DNA of 52,402 nucleotides, filler included, from Catajapyx aquilonaris (lineage: Eukaryota), in NCBI GenBank assembly GCA_000934665.2. It is 2 parts of 2 records of this genome, joined end to end, with 100 filler letters (N's around TTAATTAATTAA, not from the genome) between each part and the next. Parts side by side here need not be neighbours in the genome. Positions count along the whole stretch, not along the records: positions 1 to 26,148 come from JYFJ02005249.1; 1 more part is not named here. The stretch is one strand, 5' to 3'. A model generated the notes under the pieces. The model worked only from the letters and a program-made list of their open reading frames with translations, ran no database searches and was not told the origin of the DNA. Below, piece by piece: positions 10,897-22,610 of the stretch (position 1 is its first letter; every line of letters starts with the position of its first letter). A program made the position numbers and the translations under genes.

Positions 10897-13800
10897 ATGT
10901 CGGGCCAGGAACCGAAAGGTTTGAAGGGAAAGTTTGGGGGCGACTCTGATTCCGACTCCGACATGGCAGTGGGCAATGAAGAGGGATTCAGTGGCAAGAT
11001 TACTGGAGAACAAATGGAGATCATGGAGGAAGAGGAGGAGGGGGATGCAGACGATGGCTGTGATGATGCCCCTGAAGATGACAATGATGAGGAAGATGAT
11101 GACAGTGAGGAGGAGGAGGAGGAGGAGGATGATGATGACGACGACGATGGAGAGGAGGAGGATGACGAATGTAGGGGAGCTCGCTCCCCAATGGTGTACT
11201 ACCCTGGAGACACAGTTCCTGATGGCCATGAGCTAGTCTGTGACGAAAGCGCCTATGTCATGATGCATGAGTTCCAAACACGTATGTATAAAAAGGTTCA
11301 TGGTGATCATTCGGAATTTAAACTTCCATGCTGGTTACATACTGGATTAAGTTGATTATTATCACAAATGAATTTCTGATGACTAAAATGACTTAACATT
11401 CCAGACATAAATATTTGCTTAAAATTCACATGATGAAAAATCGGCAAATTGAAGGTAGCCACAGCAGGAAATAATGATCATGATAGCCTTCCAAAGTACC
11501 ATCCCGAACAATGCCATAGTCTGTGGTGAAACTTTCAAATTGTCAGTTGCCAATCATTACTGATTGTTCTGTAAGTTACATGTTGAACTCCTGATTTGAA
11601 GTTCATTTGAGCCTCATCTGGAGATGTCCGCAATTAGAAAAATTAAAAGTCGAGGGTAGGTAGGCAGTAGGATAGACAGAAGTGGAGGAGAGAATGTAGA
11701 TTCAGAAAGTAAGAACGATGATGTAGGCCTATAAGTGTGATAGTTTTTTCCGTGCACATTTTAATTCACATTGTTAAAATTAACTTGTCATGATTTAAAA
11801 TAGAAATAGCATAAAGCATCAGTATGTGTAATTGACAAATTGAAATCATTAATATTTCATTAGTATGACTGTAGTTAATTGAAAACCTGTACTTCATTGG
11901 TCTTATAAGATGCAGCTAAAAAAAAGTACCCAATACTTCACCAAGGTTTGCCCTGTTCTCACAAATTATGTCTAGATTTCGTGTATGCGCGAAGTCCTCT
12001 TTGTGGTATCCAGGGGTTTAAGGAGTTTAATATTTCTTTGATTCCAGAGTAGTTATCTTCTCACGAGTTGAACAGTTATGTGGCTATCTTTGTAGCATTT
12101 TCCTTATAGACTGTGTCCTGGAACCACTTGAACTACTTGAAGCATCACCTGTGCATGTCAAGAAATAATTGCATTAAGTGATTGGGATACTGGCACTTGT
12201 TGCATATCAAATACTCACTTTTCAGTGACAAGGAATCTTTTGTTCTCAGTATTATTCTTCCATAAAACTAAAGGGTGGTATCCACTGCTCAATATCAAGG
12301 GGTTTCAACCTGTTCAACCCCTTGAATCAACCCCTTGAGCAGGCTTGAACCGAGTAGAGCACGGCCCTATTTGGTTCAAGCCTGCTCAAGGGGTTGATTC
12401 AAGATGTTGAACAGGTTGAAACCCCTTTGCATTGAGCAGTGGATACCGCCCTTAAAGTCAGTCCAAACCTAGTTTTCATGGCTTTTCTGGCCCTTTTTCA
12501 CACAAACAGGTCGGGTAAAATTCAGAAACCTGTGAACCATAGTTTGGTTTTACTCTAGTGTTCATTCTCTCAAAAAGTTCTTGTCTTTAGGGTCACCATG
12601 CCTGAGCTTTGACATCGTTTTGGACCACCTGGGAAATAATCGTCGCACATTTCCACACACAGTGTACTTAGTTGCTGGAACACAGTCTGATAAGAGACAC
12701 AGTAATGGAGTGGTCATGCTGAAGGTGAGAGCAATGCTAGTGAATTTCATTCTGTTTTCTGATTTAAATATTTTTCTTTAGTTGTATGATTTGGAAAAGA
12801 CGCTGCAATCAGCCGATGATGATGAAAATGACAGTGAGGATGATTCCTCCTCTGAGCAGCCAAAACTGGCATCAGTAATTATACCCCATCCTGGTGCTGT
12901 CAACCGCATTCGGGTTCGTAAAATCATTCAGAATGTTGACTGTCATAGCCACCAATCTCATTCAATGTGTGCTTTAATTTCAGTCCACAAGGACTTCTGA
13001 TAAAGCTTTAGCTGCAACATGGTCGGAGCATGGCCAAGTTCATATCTGGGATGTCACCAAGGCGCTGGCCGCTTTGGATGTCAAACAACACATGGATGAT
13101 TTTATGAAGACACGGAAACGACAAGTCCCTCTCTTTACATTCTCTGGGCATGCTTGTGAAGGTTTTGGACTAGATTGGAATCCTACAACCCAAGGGGTGC
13201 TAGCCTCAGGAGACTGTGCCCACAGCATTCATGTGTGGATGCCATCAGAGGATGGAAAATGGAACGTGTCGGAGTCATATGGCACCCATTCCAAAAGTGT
13301 AGAAGACATCCAGTGGTCACCCAAGGAGCCCACTATCTTTGCCTCATGCTCTGTTGATAAAAGGTGATGCTGCATATAAATATTGTTAGGGAATGTTGGA
13401 TTAGGTGATGTTACTGCTCTTGCTTTCCTGCACTCTTTATGGCCTGATTCATATCTGCAAGAAGGTGACATTTCGTCCATTCCTTCACCTATTTGCATTC
13501 ACGAACTGACCTGTGCCTGGCGGAAATTGAGAAGGGAGCATTCTTATAGCTGTAGGTAGAGGTTGGTTGTGGAAATGAGTCGGGGTAGGTAACAAGTAAA
13601 CAAGTTGGATACTGCTAACCAGTGCTTCCCAAAATGGGGGTCATGAGGGAGGATAACAAATTATTTTTACAAAATGATTATATTTCTCTTGAGAATTATG
13701 GAGGATACAGAACAATTCAGATACCGGTGAATCAAAATATTATGTGACTCGAAACAGGAGCAAAAGTCGCACTGATTACGTAAGTACAGTACTTCTGTAC

Positions 13801-16800
13801 ATTCCTAAACGACTTACTAGTGCTAGTAGTGAAGTAGTCGCAGCAGGGATGGAAAAAGAACCGCTTCTTTGGGAGGAAGCGGTTCTTTTTCCATCCCTGC
13901 ACATGGAAAAAAGAAGCGCTTCTTGGAAGGAAGCGGTTCTTTTTCCATCCCTGAGTCGTAGTGCTGTTGTAGTGCCTAGATGGGTGGGGGATGGAAAATG
14001 GGGGGCGCAATATCTGAAATTATGCCTCAGATTTGGTTGAAACTCACTTGAGGGGTGACTCATGTGCAATACACACAGTGGTAGAAGGCTAAAAGCAACT
14101 TGCTTGCAGATATAAGAGTGCCATCAGGCAGAAGGCGTCACCTGCCAGTGACATTTGTTTAACTCTCATGTGATTTATATGCCTTTCAGAGTCAATTATC
14201 AATATTGGATTGTGTTGTCATAAGCCTTATATTGTTGGTATTGTTAAGATTTTGCCTGTTATTATGTCTGTGCTATTCTAAGGCTGATTACATGACACAG
14301 GTGAAATGATCATGTGATATGAGCATGATATTGTAGGTAAGGGACATCATTCTGAGTTAAGAACTCCTTCGGCATTTTGTCAAAAGAAAATACGCCTGAG
14401 GCGCAGTTGCAGTCTGGGGAACAGTTCTTAATTTAATTGAAATTTTGATAAGCAGTGGTTTCTGTAAATGCAATGCAAAATTTTCCTGTTTTCTCACTGC
14501 TTCTGCAGAGCACAATTTGGGAACCACTGCAGTACGGATAGGTTGAAAAGTTTGACTACTTGCATGATCTTGGTATAGTCTGACCAGAAGCATGACCGAG
14601 TTGGTGGGTTTTTCCCATCAACCCAAAATCCCCCACCGCCACCCCGCCACCTCGAAAATGCCCAATTCCTGTCAATCGTAATCCGCAAAAGGGTTCGGAA
14701 GGGTCAGACCGGAATATGGTGTTGAGCAGTCCAAATGTTGGAACAGTGTCATGCGGTCGTGTGCCATTCGTTCACTGAACATGGCTTGTGTCCCGGAAGT
14801 TGTGCTGGAATTCAACGACAGTGATACTCCTCCTCCAACTCCCCCCAGAAAAAGTCAGTTGACGGTGATAGGTAGAGGGGGGGAAATTCGACGCCAAACG
14901 AGAGCATTGGTTCGTAATGTTCATACTTCCATTGAGAAAGTAATTCAAGATGGGGGGAAAATCCAGAGTAGGAACATTGTGAAGGAAACATCAAGTGCAA
15001 CTTTTGTGCCTCAGTGTACTATATACCTTATACAGTTTGCTAGCAAACAGTGGTGACAATAAAGTTATTGGACTCCCATGAAAAAAAAAAAGTGCATTGA
15101 GAGAGAAAAGAGCCTTCGACAAGGTCGACGACTTCACCCACGATCTCGTAAGAAGAACTGTCTGTGGCATGTTCCTGAGAACTAAAGCTCCAACAGTTGT
15201 TACCCTGCTAAATGAGATGTGCGAAAAGACTGCCGCGATGTCCTATCCTTTCCCATATTGCAAAGAAACTTTGCGACTTTTGCTTCATTCCATGGGTTTC
15301 TCACACAAGAAGAGTCACCGTGTCAATGGTTGGGCAGAGTCGCTGGAGATAGTGAGCTGGCAGTATAGGTATATCGTACATCGAAACTATCATCTACGAG
15401 ATATTACATTGGAATTATCAGCGAATTATGTATAATCACATTAGATCTAACCTTACTCTGTGCTTGATATAGGTACATTGAAGAGGTGAGAATGTGGAGG
15501 GTATTAGGATATAGTGATATATACTTAGACGAGACGTGGTTCGACACCCACACAGGAGTGATGAAATGCTGGACAGATGATTCTGAAAACTGTGCTCTCC
15601 AGATTCCCGGGGGCAAGGGAGATGTATAGTATTACTTCATTGTGAGGGACAAGGAGGATTTGTGGATGGGGCACTCTTCGTCACCCATAAGAATATGCTT
15701 TATGCCCCAGCTGACTACCACGGGACCATGAATTCGTCTATATTTGAAGAGTGGTTTCGGGATCAGCTGCTGCCTAGGTTGGAGGAGCCGACGGTCATTG
15801 TTATGGACAACGCCAGCTACCACAGCCGTGTCAAGAATCCACGACCAACGATGGCGTGGAAAAAAGAGGGCATCATCAAATACCTGGACAAAAATTGAAT
15901 CCCCCATCCTGTTCCTCCCGAGACTAAGCCGTGTTTACTATTAGTGGTCCACAACCACCATGGCATCCCTAGGATGACCCATGTGGTGGACGAACTGGTG
16001 CTTAGCTGTGGACATGTGGTGGTTCACCTACCGCCATACCATTGCGTCTTGAACCCCATTGAAATGGTGTGGTCGGAAGTAAAGCGGAGAGTGTCATCCC
16101 ACAACATCAAGAGGCAATCTACGGCAAAAGTCGTGGACATACTCCAGGCCAGCTTGCAAGAAGTCATGCCAAAAAAGTGGGACAACTACATTTCCCATGT
16201 CATTAGCATCGAGGATTAATACTTGCGGCTGCTACCAGCAATTGAAGGTTCCCGCTTCCCTATTGTCATTAGTGGCGAAACTGACACAAGCTCTGGGGAA
16301 AGCGACGGTGAAGAGAGTAATTAGCAGTATAAAGGCCGCTTCACAAACTCGGCGTTGCGAAATCGGGGCGAAATGCCCGTTTTACAAACTCAGATTTGCG
16401 CGTGCGGAGCGCGGAAAATTTGCGAAGGGCTATTCACAAATGCTGCTTGCGATGACCGAGCGCGGGCGTTGCGCTGGCGTCCAACCGGGTGGACTTTCTG
16501 CGTGCGATGAGCGGAAGGCCCACACGCCCCGCTTACGCAACGCCGAGTTTGTGAAGCGGCCTTAAAGGAAGCTACTACTCTCTCAAGGACTCTCCCCCCA
16601 GCCTTGGAGGTGAACAGTCGCTCGGAATATTTGCTCCCGCAAGTGCAAGTTGTCTGATAACACAAACAGACAAGTGGGGTCTCGACTAGGGGGCAGAGAA
16701 ATGGGGGTGACAATTGCACAGTGGAGAGCCTCTCTCGAGGCCCGCCCCTGGTCTGGACGAGAGGGCAGGTCGACTCGGGGTGGTGCCGTGGCTGACTTTG

Positions 16801-19800
16801 CTAACGGGAACCTGAACATCGTAGTCCTACTGTTAACCCTGGCAGCCGGACTCGTCGCAGTATCCATTCACGCCGGAGGGACCCCGGGTGATACCAGCCC
16901 ATGGTCGGACCTTACCCCTGGGGCTGTAATCTCCATGGCGCTGCTGCGGGCAGGGATTGTGAGAAACCCCGGCCTGATAAACCACTCCCCTCCATTTGAC
17001 CCAGTGGACGCAACCAATGGAGCAGGCATGACTACACCGCCAAGACATGCAAGCAACCTCCCAGATACCCCTCACCGGGAGTTACACCATACCCAAGGTA
17101 ACACCACTGGTACCCCCAAAAGGAAAAGAGACGATCTAAGCCCGGAGGAAGAGGTACCAGACAACATATAACTGCTTTCATGAGAGATGTTTCTAACAAG
17201 TTAGCAAGACTGATCGACGTGGTGTCTGAAAATACCCAGGACCTGAAGTTCGCACAGTTCGCTTAGTTCGCTTAGAGTCAACCGTGAACAACCAGGCAAA
17301 CACCATTGATCTACTAAAAGCCAAAGTTACTGACCTTGAAGACAGGAGTAGAGAAACGAACATTATTTTTCATGGTCTGGAAGCCCCTTCATCCAACGCT
17401 ATGGATCATTGACCCAACTATGCAAAAGTGGTCGAAAAATTCATGTTTGATCACCTGAAAATTTCCAAGATCTGGATTGACCAGGCCCATTTGCTTGGGC
17501 GACGACCGAATGCGCCAATTATAGCTAAAATTCCAAGCTCCTCTGATCGGACACTGATCTTCCAAAATGCCTCAAAACTGAAAGGCAAGTCATTTGGCAT
17601 CTCACGCGACTATTCTCGTGAAACAAGACAGACAAGAAGCGAGCTAGTACGGGAAAGGAAAAAACTCTGGGACCAGGGAACACACTCACGAAAGACCGCC
17701 TGATTATCAACAACGTACCGCACATGTGGGACGGCAGACAGCTGATACAGTGTGGTCCGTTTCGAGGAATCACCCAGTTACCCCCCCACCCGAGTGCTAC
17801 CAATTTGTGAAGCGGCCCGTGGCCCCCTTCCCCCCTCCCTACACCCGGNCATTTCATAAAATACTACTTAAGGCTACCTAGAAATACGCCAAATTACTTA
17901 GTGCGGCTCGAGACAGGGCGTCGTCCGTCGGGCGTTTCACTGGTAAAAAAAACTGTTGAAGTTCCTAGTAGCGATTAAACAAATGCCAAACGATAGATTG
18001 CCCAAACGAGCTTTCAACTACCTAATAACCACAAAGGATTCGAAAACGGACAATAATTGGTTCACTCAGGTCCAAGACACCCTCAAAATCATGGGCATAG
18101 CTTGGGAATACTGGGACCAATCCCACCAAGATGTAATATTATGTAAGGACTTAATCACTAAATTCATAAATATTACCATCCAACAAGATATAGCAAGCGT
18201 AGCGAGCTCTACCGGCCACGACCTCCAGCCCTCCTTTGGGGGCCAAGAATATCTGTTCGATGATCAACCATTGCACTTGACACTGTTATTATGCTCACTA
18301 CGTTCCGGAGCTCCCTACATCTATTACGAAGGGTACAAGTTGCACTGGTCCAAAGACGATCCTTGTTCACTCTGTAATAGCGAGGAAGATTTCAACCTGT
18401 ATCATCTGTTTTACAGCTGCACATTTTTTAACGTACTGTTAAAAGACATTCCAAAACTACCTCCAGATAAAGTACACACGCTATTGCTTAACTTGCACCC
18501 TTGCAACCAACGGATAATAGGGGCTTTCTTTAAATCGGTAAGCTCTAAACTGCGGTTTTGTGACATCTTGATATGAATGTATATAGTACAAATAAGCAAT
18601 ACAAACTTATGTCTCTCTCTCTCTCTCTCTCTCCCCCTCTTCACCACCCCCCTTTGCAGCTACCATGTACTTTGCATTTTTAAGCTGTACATAAAGGGAC
18701 CCAAGGATAAGCTGTAGTGGATATTTTTGTAAATTGAAGATCTGGGGGAGCCCCCCATGTATGGGCATCTGCCTAGCTGGGTACACAAATAAACTAAACT
18801 AAACTACTACTCTCTCAAAAAGGTTTGAAAAAATGCAGGGTATTTATATGTAAGGGGTGCCTTATTACAATTTCTTAAATGTATAATAACCACATATCCA
18901 CAATTACGGCAATGTCTCCTTTTAAACTGACCCTTCCGAACAAGGTGGTGGGGTGGCGGTGGGGAATTTTGGGTTGATGGGAAAAACCCACCAACTTGGT
19001 CATGCTTCTGGTCAGACTATACAGTGTTATTTATGAGAGAATAATCTCTAAAAATTTGAGATGGATTTTGTAACCAGTTTCATGGGTGAAGGACTTGCAG
19101 ACTGCCACTTTTTACTTGTGTGCGCATTTCCATCACATGGAACATGGTGATTTCTATATGGTTATAGCTCCACAACTTGTTTCCTTTACAATTTTGCCAT
19201 TATCCTATGTACAGGGTGTTCCAAATGTCTCCATGCCTAGGGATTGTCAGTTCAAAATATAAATGTCATAAGATGTGCTAAATGTGGCAGTCTCTCCGAA
19301 ATCAGGCACAGATCAATGCATTATTGCAGCCAGTCTTGACGCACACGCTACAATATGTCCAGTGTCACATGACTTAAGGTCTTGGCAATGCAGGACTGCA
19401 GGTGGTGCAATTCCAGGATTTTCTCCTGGTACACCTGGTTCTCCTGGTTATGGTGACTCCAGAGTTAACAATGAAGAGGTGCAAGGTGTGGGGAGTGGAG
19501 AGGCAATGCTTTGACCTGTGCCTGACTTTGGAAGGCTGTGACATTGTGCACATTCTGTGACATTTCTTTTTTGAACTGATTTTCCCTATGTATGCAGACA
19601 TTTGGGCCACCCTGTATAACAATCATTGGTACCATCAGTCCAAAAAGAACTTTCCCAGTCATCCTGATGTGTGTGCTGCCCGCTCGACACACACCATGTA
19701 ACTTACATGGTGTGTGTCAAGCGGCCTGCCCAGACGTCAGGATGACTGGGAAAGTTCTTTTTGGACTGTTGATACACTGACAGATTTTTATGACCTTGAG

Positions 19801-20421
19801 TAGGCCTATATGAGACGTTTTGTGACGATATTTGGCTATGGTTCAAGTGCATCTCTCACATCAACTGTTGGTGTTACTTGTTGCAGCATTTGCTTGTGGG
19901 ACTGCCGCCAAGCTCATGCAAATGCATGTGTGTCCAAAATCAGTGAAGCACATTCTGAAGATGTGAACGTGATCTCATGGAACAAGGAAGAACCTTTCAT
20001 AGTATCTGGAGGAGATGATCATATTGTAAATGTGTGGGACTTGCGTAAGCTGAAGAATACCCACTCAGATCCACACCCTATTGCACACTTCGATCACCAT
20101 TATGGTGCAATTACGTCATTGGAATGGCATCACACTGACTACCCAGTTTTTGCCAGCTCTGGCAGTGATGATCAGTTAGTCTTATGGGACATCTCTGTGG
20201 AGGAGGATGGTGCTACTTCTGATGATGTAAGTGGTCCTTGCATAGAGTGAGGAATTAGTTGCTAACATTGTTTTCATTTCCAGAGAGTTCCACCTCAGGT
20301 GCTGTTTATTCATCAGGGTCAGAAGGAGATGAAAGAGCTTCACTGGCATCCACAGATACCAGGAATGATCCTGTCAACGTCCCTAACAGGGTTTAATGTG
20401 TTCAAGACCATAAGTGTCTAA
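10897..20421 (+). CDS. GRWD1: Glutamate-rich WD repeat-containing protein 1 (Rrb1 orthologue), 6 exons, ~502 aa
   Basis: Exons 10897-11281, 12591-12724, 12782-12913, 12984-13363, 19887-20226, 20284-20421, all GT-AG with consistent phases. Motifs: [98 protein letters not shown]...FNVFKTISV*. Confidence 0.95.
12272..12452. mobile_element. PIF/Harbinger (Tourist-like) palindromic MITE
   Basis: AGGGTGGTATCCACTGCTCAAT...ATTGAGCAGTGGATACCGCCCT, nearly fully self-complementary, TAA TSD (12269-12271, 12453-12455). In GRWD1 intron 1. Confidence 0.8.
13844..13953. mobile_element. hAT-like mini element with an internal duplicated hairpin
   Basis: Termini CAGGGATGGAAAAAG...CTTTTTCCATCCCTG. 8-bp flanks AGTCGCAG and AGTCGTAG match 7/8. 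Confidence 0.65.
14781..16320 (+). pseudogene. Disrupted DDE transposase of the Sailor-like element
   Basis: Fragments in ORFs 14751-15056, 15097-15435, 15662-15898 and 15944-16219, with frameshifts and stops. Probable intron at 15369-15472. Confidence 0.8.
16333..16562. mobile_element. PIF/Harbinger (Tourist-like) MITE nested in the Sailor-like element
   Basis: TIR AGGCCGCTTCACAAACTCGGCGTTGCG...CGCAACGCCGAGTTTGTGAAGCGGCCT, TAA TSD (16330-16332, 16563-16565). Confidence 0.85.
16587..18803 (+). mobile_element. Non-LTR retrotransposon (LINE, possibly RTE-X-like); both ends present, RT/EN core missing at the N at 17849
   Basis: 15-bp TSD CTACTACTCTCTCAA (16572-16586, 18804-18818) and (TAAAC)n tail. 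ORF1 remnants [15 protein letters not shown] and [21 protein letters not shown]2 C-terminus [17 protein letters not shown]...DRLPK...[17 protein letters not shown]. Confidence 0.85.
19212..19614. mobile_element. mariner-like MITE
   Basis: Imperfect ~60-bp TIRs CAGGGTGTTCCAAATGTCT...AGACATTTGGGCCACCCTG, TA TSD. Confidence 0.7.
19632..19770. repeat. Fold-back palindrome (probable MITE)
   Basis: CAGTCCAAAAAGAACTTTCCCAGTCATCCTGA...TCAGGATGACTGGGAAAGTTCTTTTTGGACTG, with an inner arm ACACACACCATGTAA/TTACATGGTGTGTGT. Confidence 0.7.
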
Positions 20422-20477
20422 ATGGAAGTTTTGTGGGCCTGCATGTGCCTTGTCATATAATTATGCATGTGTATATA

Positions 20478-20766
20478 ATAATAATAATAATAATTCATAC
20501 CCCATTATCAGCCGTCGGCTCTTTAGGGGGGAAATTTTTTGTTTTGACCGGAACTCTTTGCTTTCATTTTATTTGCTTTTTGGGATAGGGTGGGGACGGA
20601 AGGAAGCGACTGTGGCCTGTTTTTATGGAAATGACCCCGGAATTATGCTGGGAGGATCGTGGAAACCCACAGAAAACCACAGTCAGGGTCGCCGGCCCCA
20701 GGATTCGAACCCAGGACCTCCCAATTAGCAGGGGGACTCCATATCCACTACACCAACCTGCTTCCG
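20478..20766 (-). mobile_element. tRNA-derived SINE just downstream of the GRWD1 stop codon
   Basis: On the minus strand: A-box-like TGGTGTAGTGG, B-box GGTTCGAATCC and a (TTA)n tail. 17-bp TSD TTATGCATGTGTATATA (20461-20477, 20767-20783). Confidence 0.85.
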
Positions 20767-20971
20767 TTATGCATGTGTATATACATAAAATACGATACCT
20801 AATTTCAGTACTGCAAAATCATCATATCATATCTCCAAGTTTGTCCTAGCAGTAAAAAACACCCTGCATTTATAACTATGAAAATACATATTTGTGTTTG
20901 TCACACTTCACTAGTAGTGTTGTCTGTATGACAACACTACTAGTGAAGTGTGACAAACACAAATGGCAATA

Positions 20972-21440
20972 CAGTGGTGTCTTGTACTTCGAACTTAATT
21001 CGTTCCAGGAGGTCGTTCGAAGTCCTAATCAATTTTTCCCATAAAATATTATGGAAAGTGAATTAATCTGTTCCCAGGTCCTAAACAACGCCCAATTTGA
21101 TAAACTTAAGCCCGCTCCACACTGGCTGAGTTTCTCCGATGGGGATATTTCCGGACGAGAAATTAAGCCAGTGTGGAACGCGTCTCCGATCCAGTTTGTG
21201 ACGTCACCATGCGGATTATCTATTTCAGTCGATTTTCTATTTTCTCCAATGGAGTCGGGCGGGATTTTTCCATACGAGAAACTCAGCCAGTGTGGAGCGG
21301 GCTTTACACAGTAAATACACATAATTTAAGGTAAAAAATAACGTGCTTAACGTCCTAAACAATGAATTAAAAATAAAACAAATACAATAAATAAAAAACT
21401 TAAATACTGTACAGTACCGTACAAATCAAATCAATCACAA
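20972..21440. mobile_element. pogo/Tigger-like element, left-end fragment
   Basis: TA + CAGTGGTGTCTTGTACTTCGAACTTAATTCGTTCC, a typical pogo-MITE start. The right TIR was not found; the extent is approximate. Confidence 0.45.
21109..21303. mobile_element. PIF/Harbinger (Tourist-like) MITE
   Basis: TIR AGCCCGCTCCACACTGGCTGAGTTTCTC...GAGAAACTCAGCCAGTGTGGAGCGGGCT, TTA TSD (21106-21108, 21304-21306). Confidence 0.85.
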
Positions 21441-21448
21441 TAAAGTGT

Positions 21449-22040
21449 TACGAGGGCGAGTCGATAAAGAATGAGAATGTTTTTTTCACATATCACATTG
21501 TGGACATACGGCAGCGAAACAATTTTTCTGGGGGAAGATCAGGTCTTGTGGGATTGGCTAAAGAATTACGAGCTGGTATGTGCATGCATCGGATAGCATT
21601 GAGCCAAAGATGAATGCATGGTGGGAATTCGCCTACTGAAGAAGGGTAAGTTCGGTATGAGCGGTACGCTTCAGCGTCTGGTAGCGGAGTATGGGGAGGC
21701 CTGTCTGAATTCCATCATTGGAGGTGTTTAAGAGTTGGATTCACCACTACAATCACGAATGCAAATAGGTGAGGTCCGTCTGAAAATCACTCAGTTCTCT
21801 GATGCTGAAGAAGGCCGAGGTTGTTCAGTTGGCAGGAAAGGCAAGGACCATTGCCTTCTTCAAATCCTAGGAAATGGTTTACCAATGCGAAGTGCCCCTG
21901 TATACAAAAGTCACTGATAAGTATTACGTGACAGTTTTGAAGGTCCTGGCTGAACACATCAAACGAAAGTGCCCTGAGCTGCATCCTGCCTGCACCAGGA
22001 TAATGCATGGCCACACATTGCCATTTAAATGACACTAACA
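21449..22040 (+). mobile_element. mariner transposon remnant
   Basis: Starts TACGAGGG (mariner-type terminus). Residual transposase YYVTVLKVLAEHIKRKCPEL...LHQDNAWPH, matching mariner HDNARPH. Confidence 0.7.
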
Positions 22041-22610
22041 TACCGTATGTGTGGTCTATTGAGTTCTTAGGTGTATTAGCAAGCATTGGCTTAAGGAGTG
22101 CCAATAACTACAGTACAGGAAGTACCCGTTTTACGCTGTTTCACATCACTGACAGTTTGAAAATTACATTTGAAAACTATTTTAATCTGGATATTTTGAA
22201 CATTTTGAAAATGAGAAAACAATTTGAATATTATAAGCACAACTCTGCAAAGCTTCTCAGTCCAAACACACTGCAGCAGAAGCATTTATTTTGTTTTTCG
22301 TGGTGCATTGTGGTAGATTGTATAGATGCATACAGATACATATATATAGGCCTACAGTACTACTGTATTGTGTTGGTCTCATGCACTCCCCAAAGTACTG
22401 TACCTGTTGTTACAATACCGTTTGTGTAATGCACTCAGTTCTTGCCTAAGAAGGGAAAAGAGCCCTGAGAACCTGATGACCCTCAAGCTGGAACCTCCCC
22501 TTAATTGTGTGTATTACTATAAATGTTCCAAATACTGAGCATTAAAAACAGCAATATTAGTAGTAGCCTACATACTGTGTGTGAGACAATTTTGGAAATT
22601 TTGGAACCTA

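Larger units (their letters stand above)
14576..19019 (+). mobile_element. IS630-Tc1-mariner transposon with long DDE spacing (DD84E, Sailor-like), decayed, hosting nested insertions
   Basis: About 70-bp TIRs TAGTCTGACCAGAAGCATGACC...GGTCATGCTTCTGGTCAGACTA, TA TSD. Transposase remnants [36 protein letters not shown]. By hand count 84 residues lie between the second D and the E, reading through an in-frame TGA at 15896. Confidence 0.85.

Noticed and set aside
13620..14529. hAT/Charlie-like ends CAGTGCTTCCCAAA...TTTGGGAACCACTG
   Set aside because: The 8-bp flanks do not match, so they cannot be paired as one element. Probably separate remnants.
20690..20766. tRNA genes at the SINE heads (also 42677-42755)
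   Set aside because: No complete cloverleaf. Each is followed by a SINE body and tail and bounded by a TSD.
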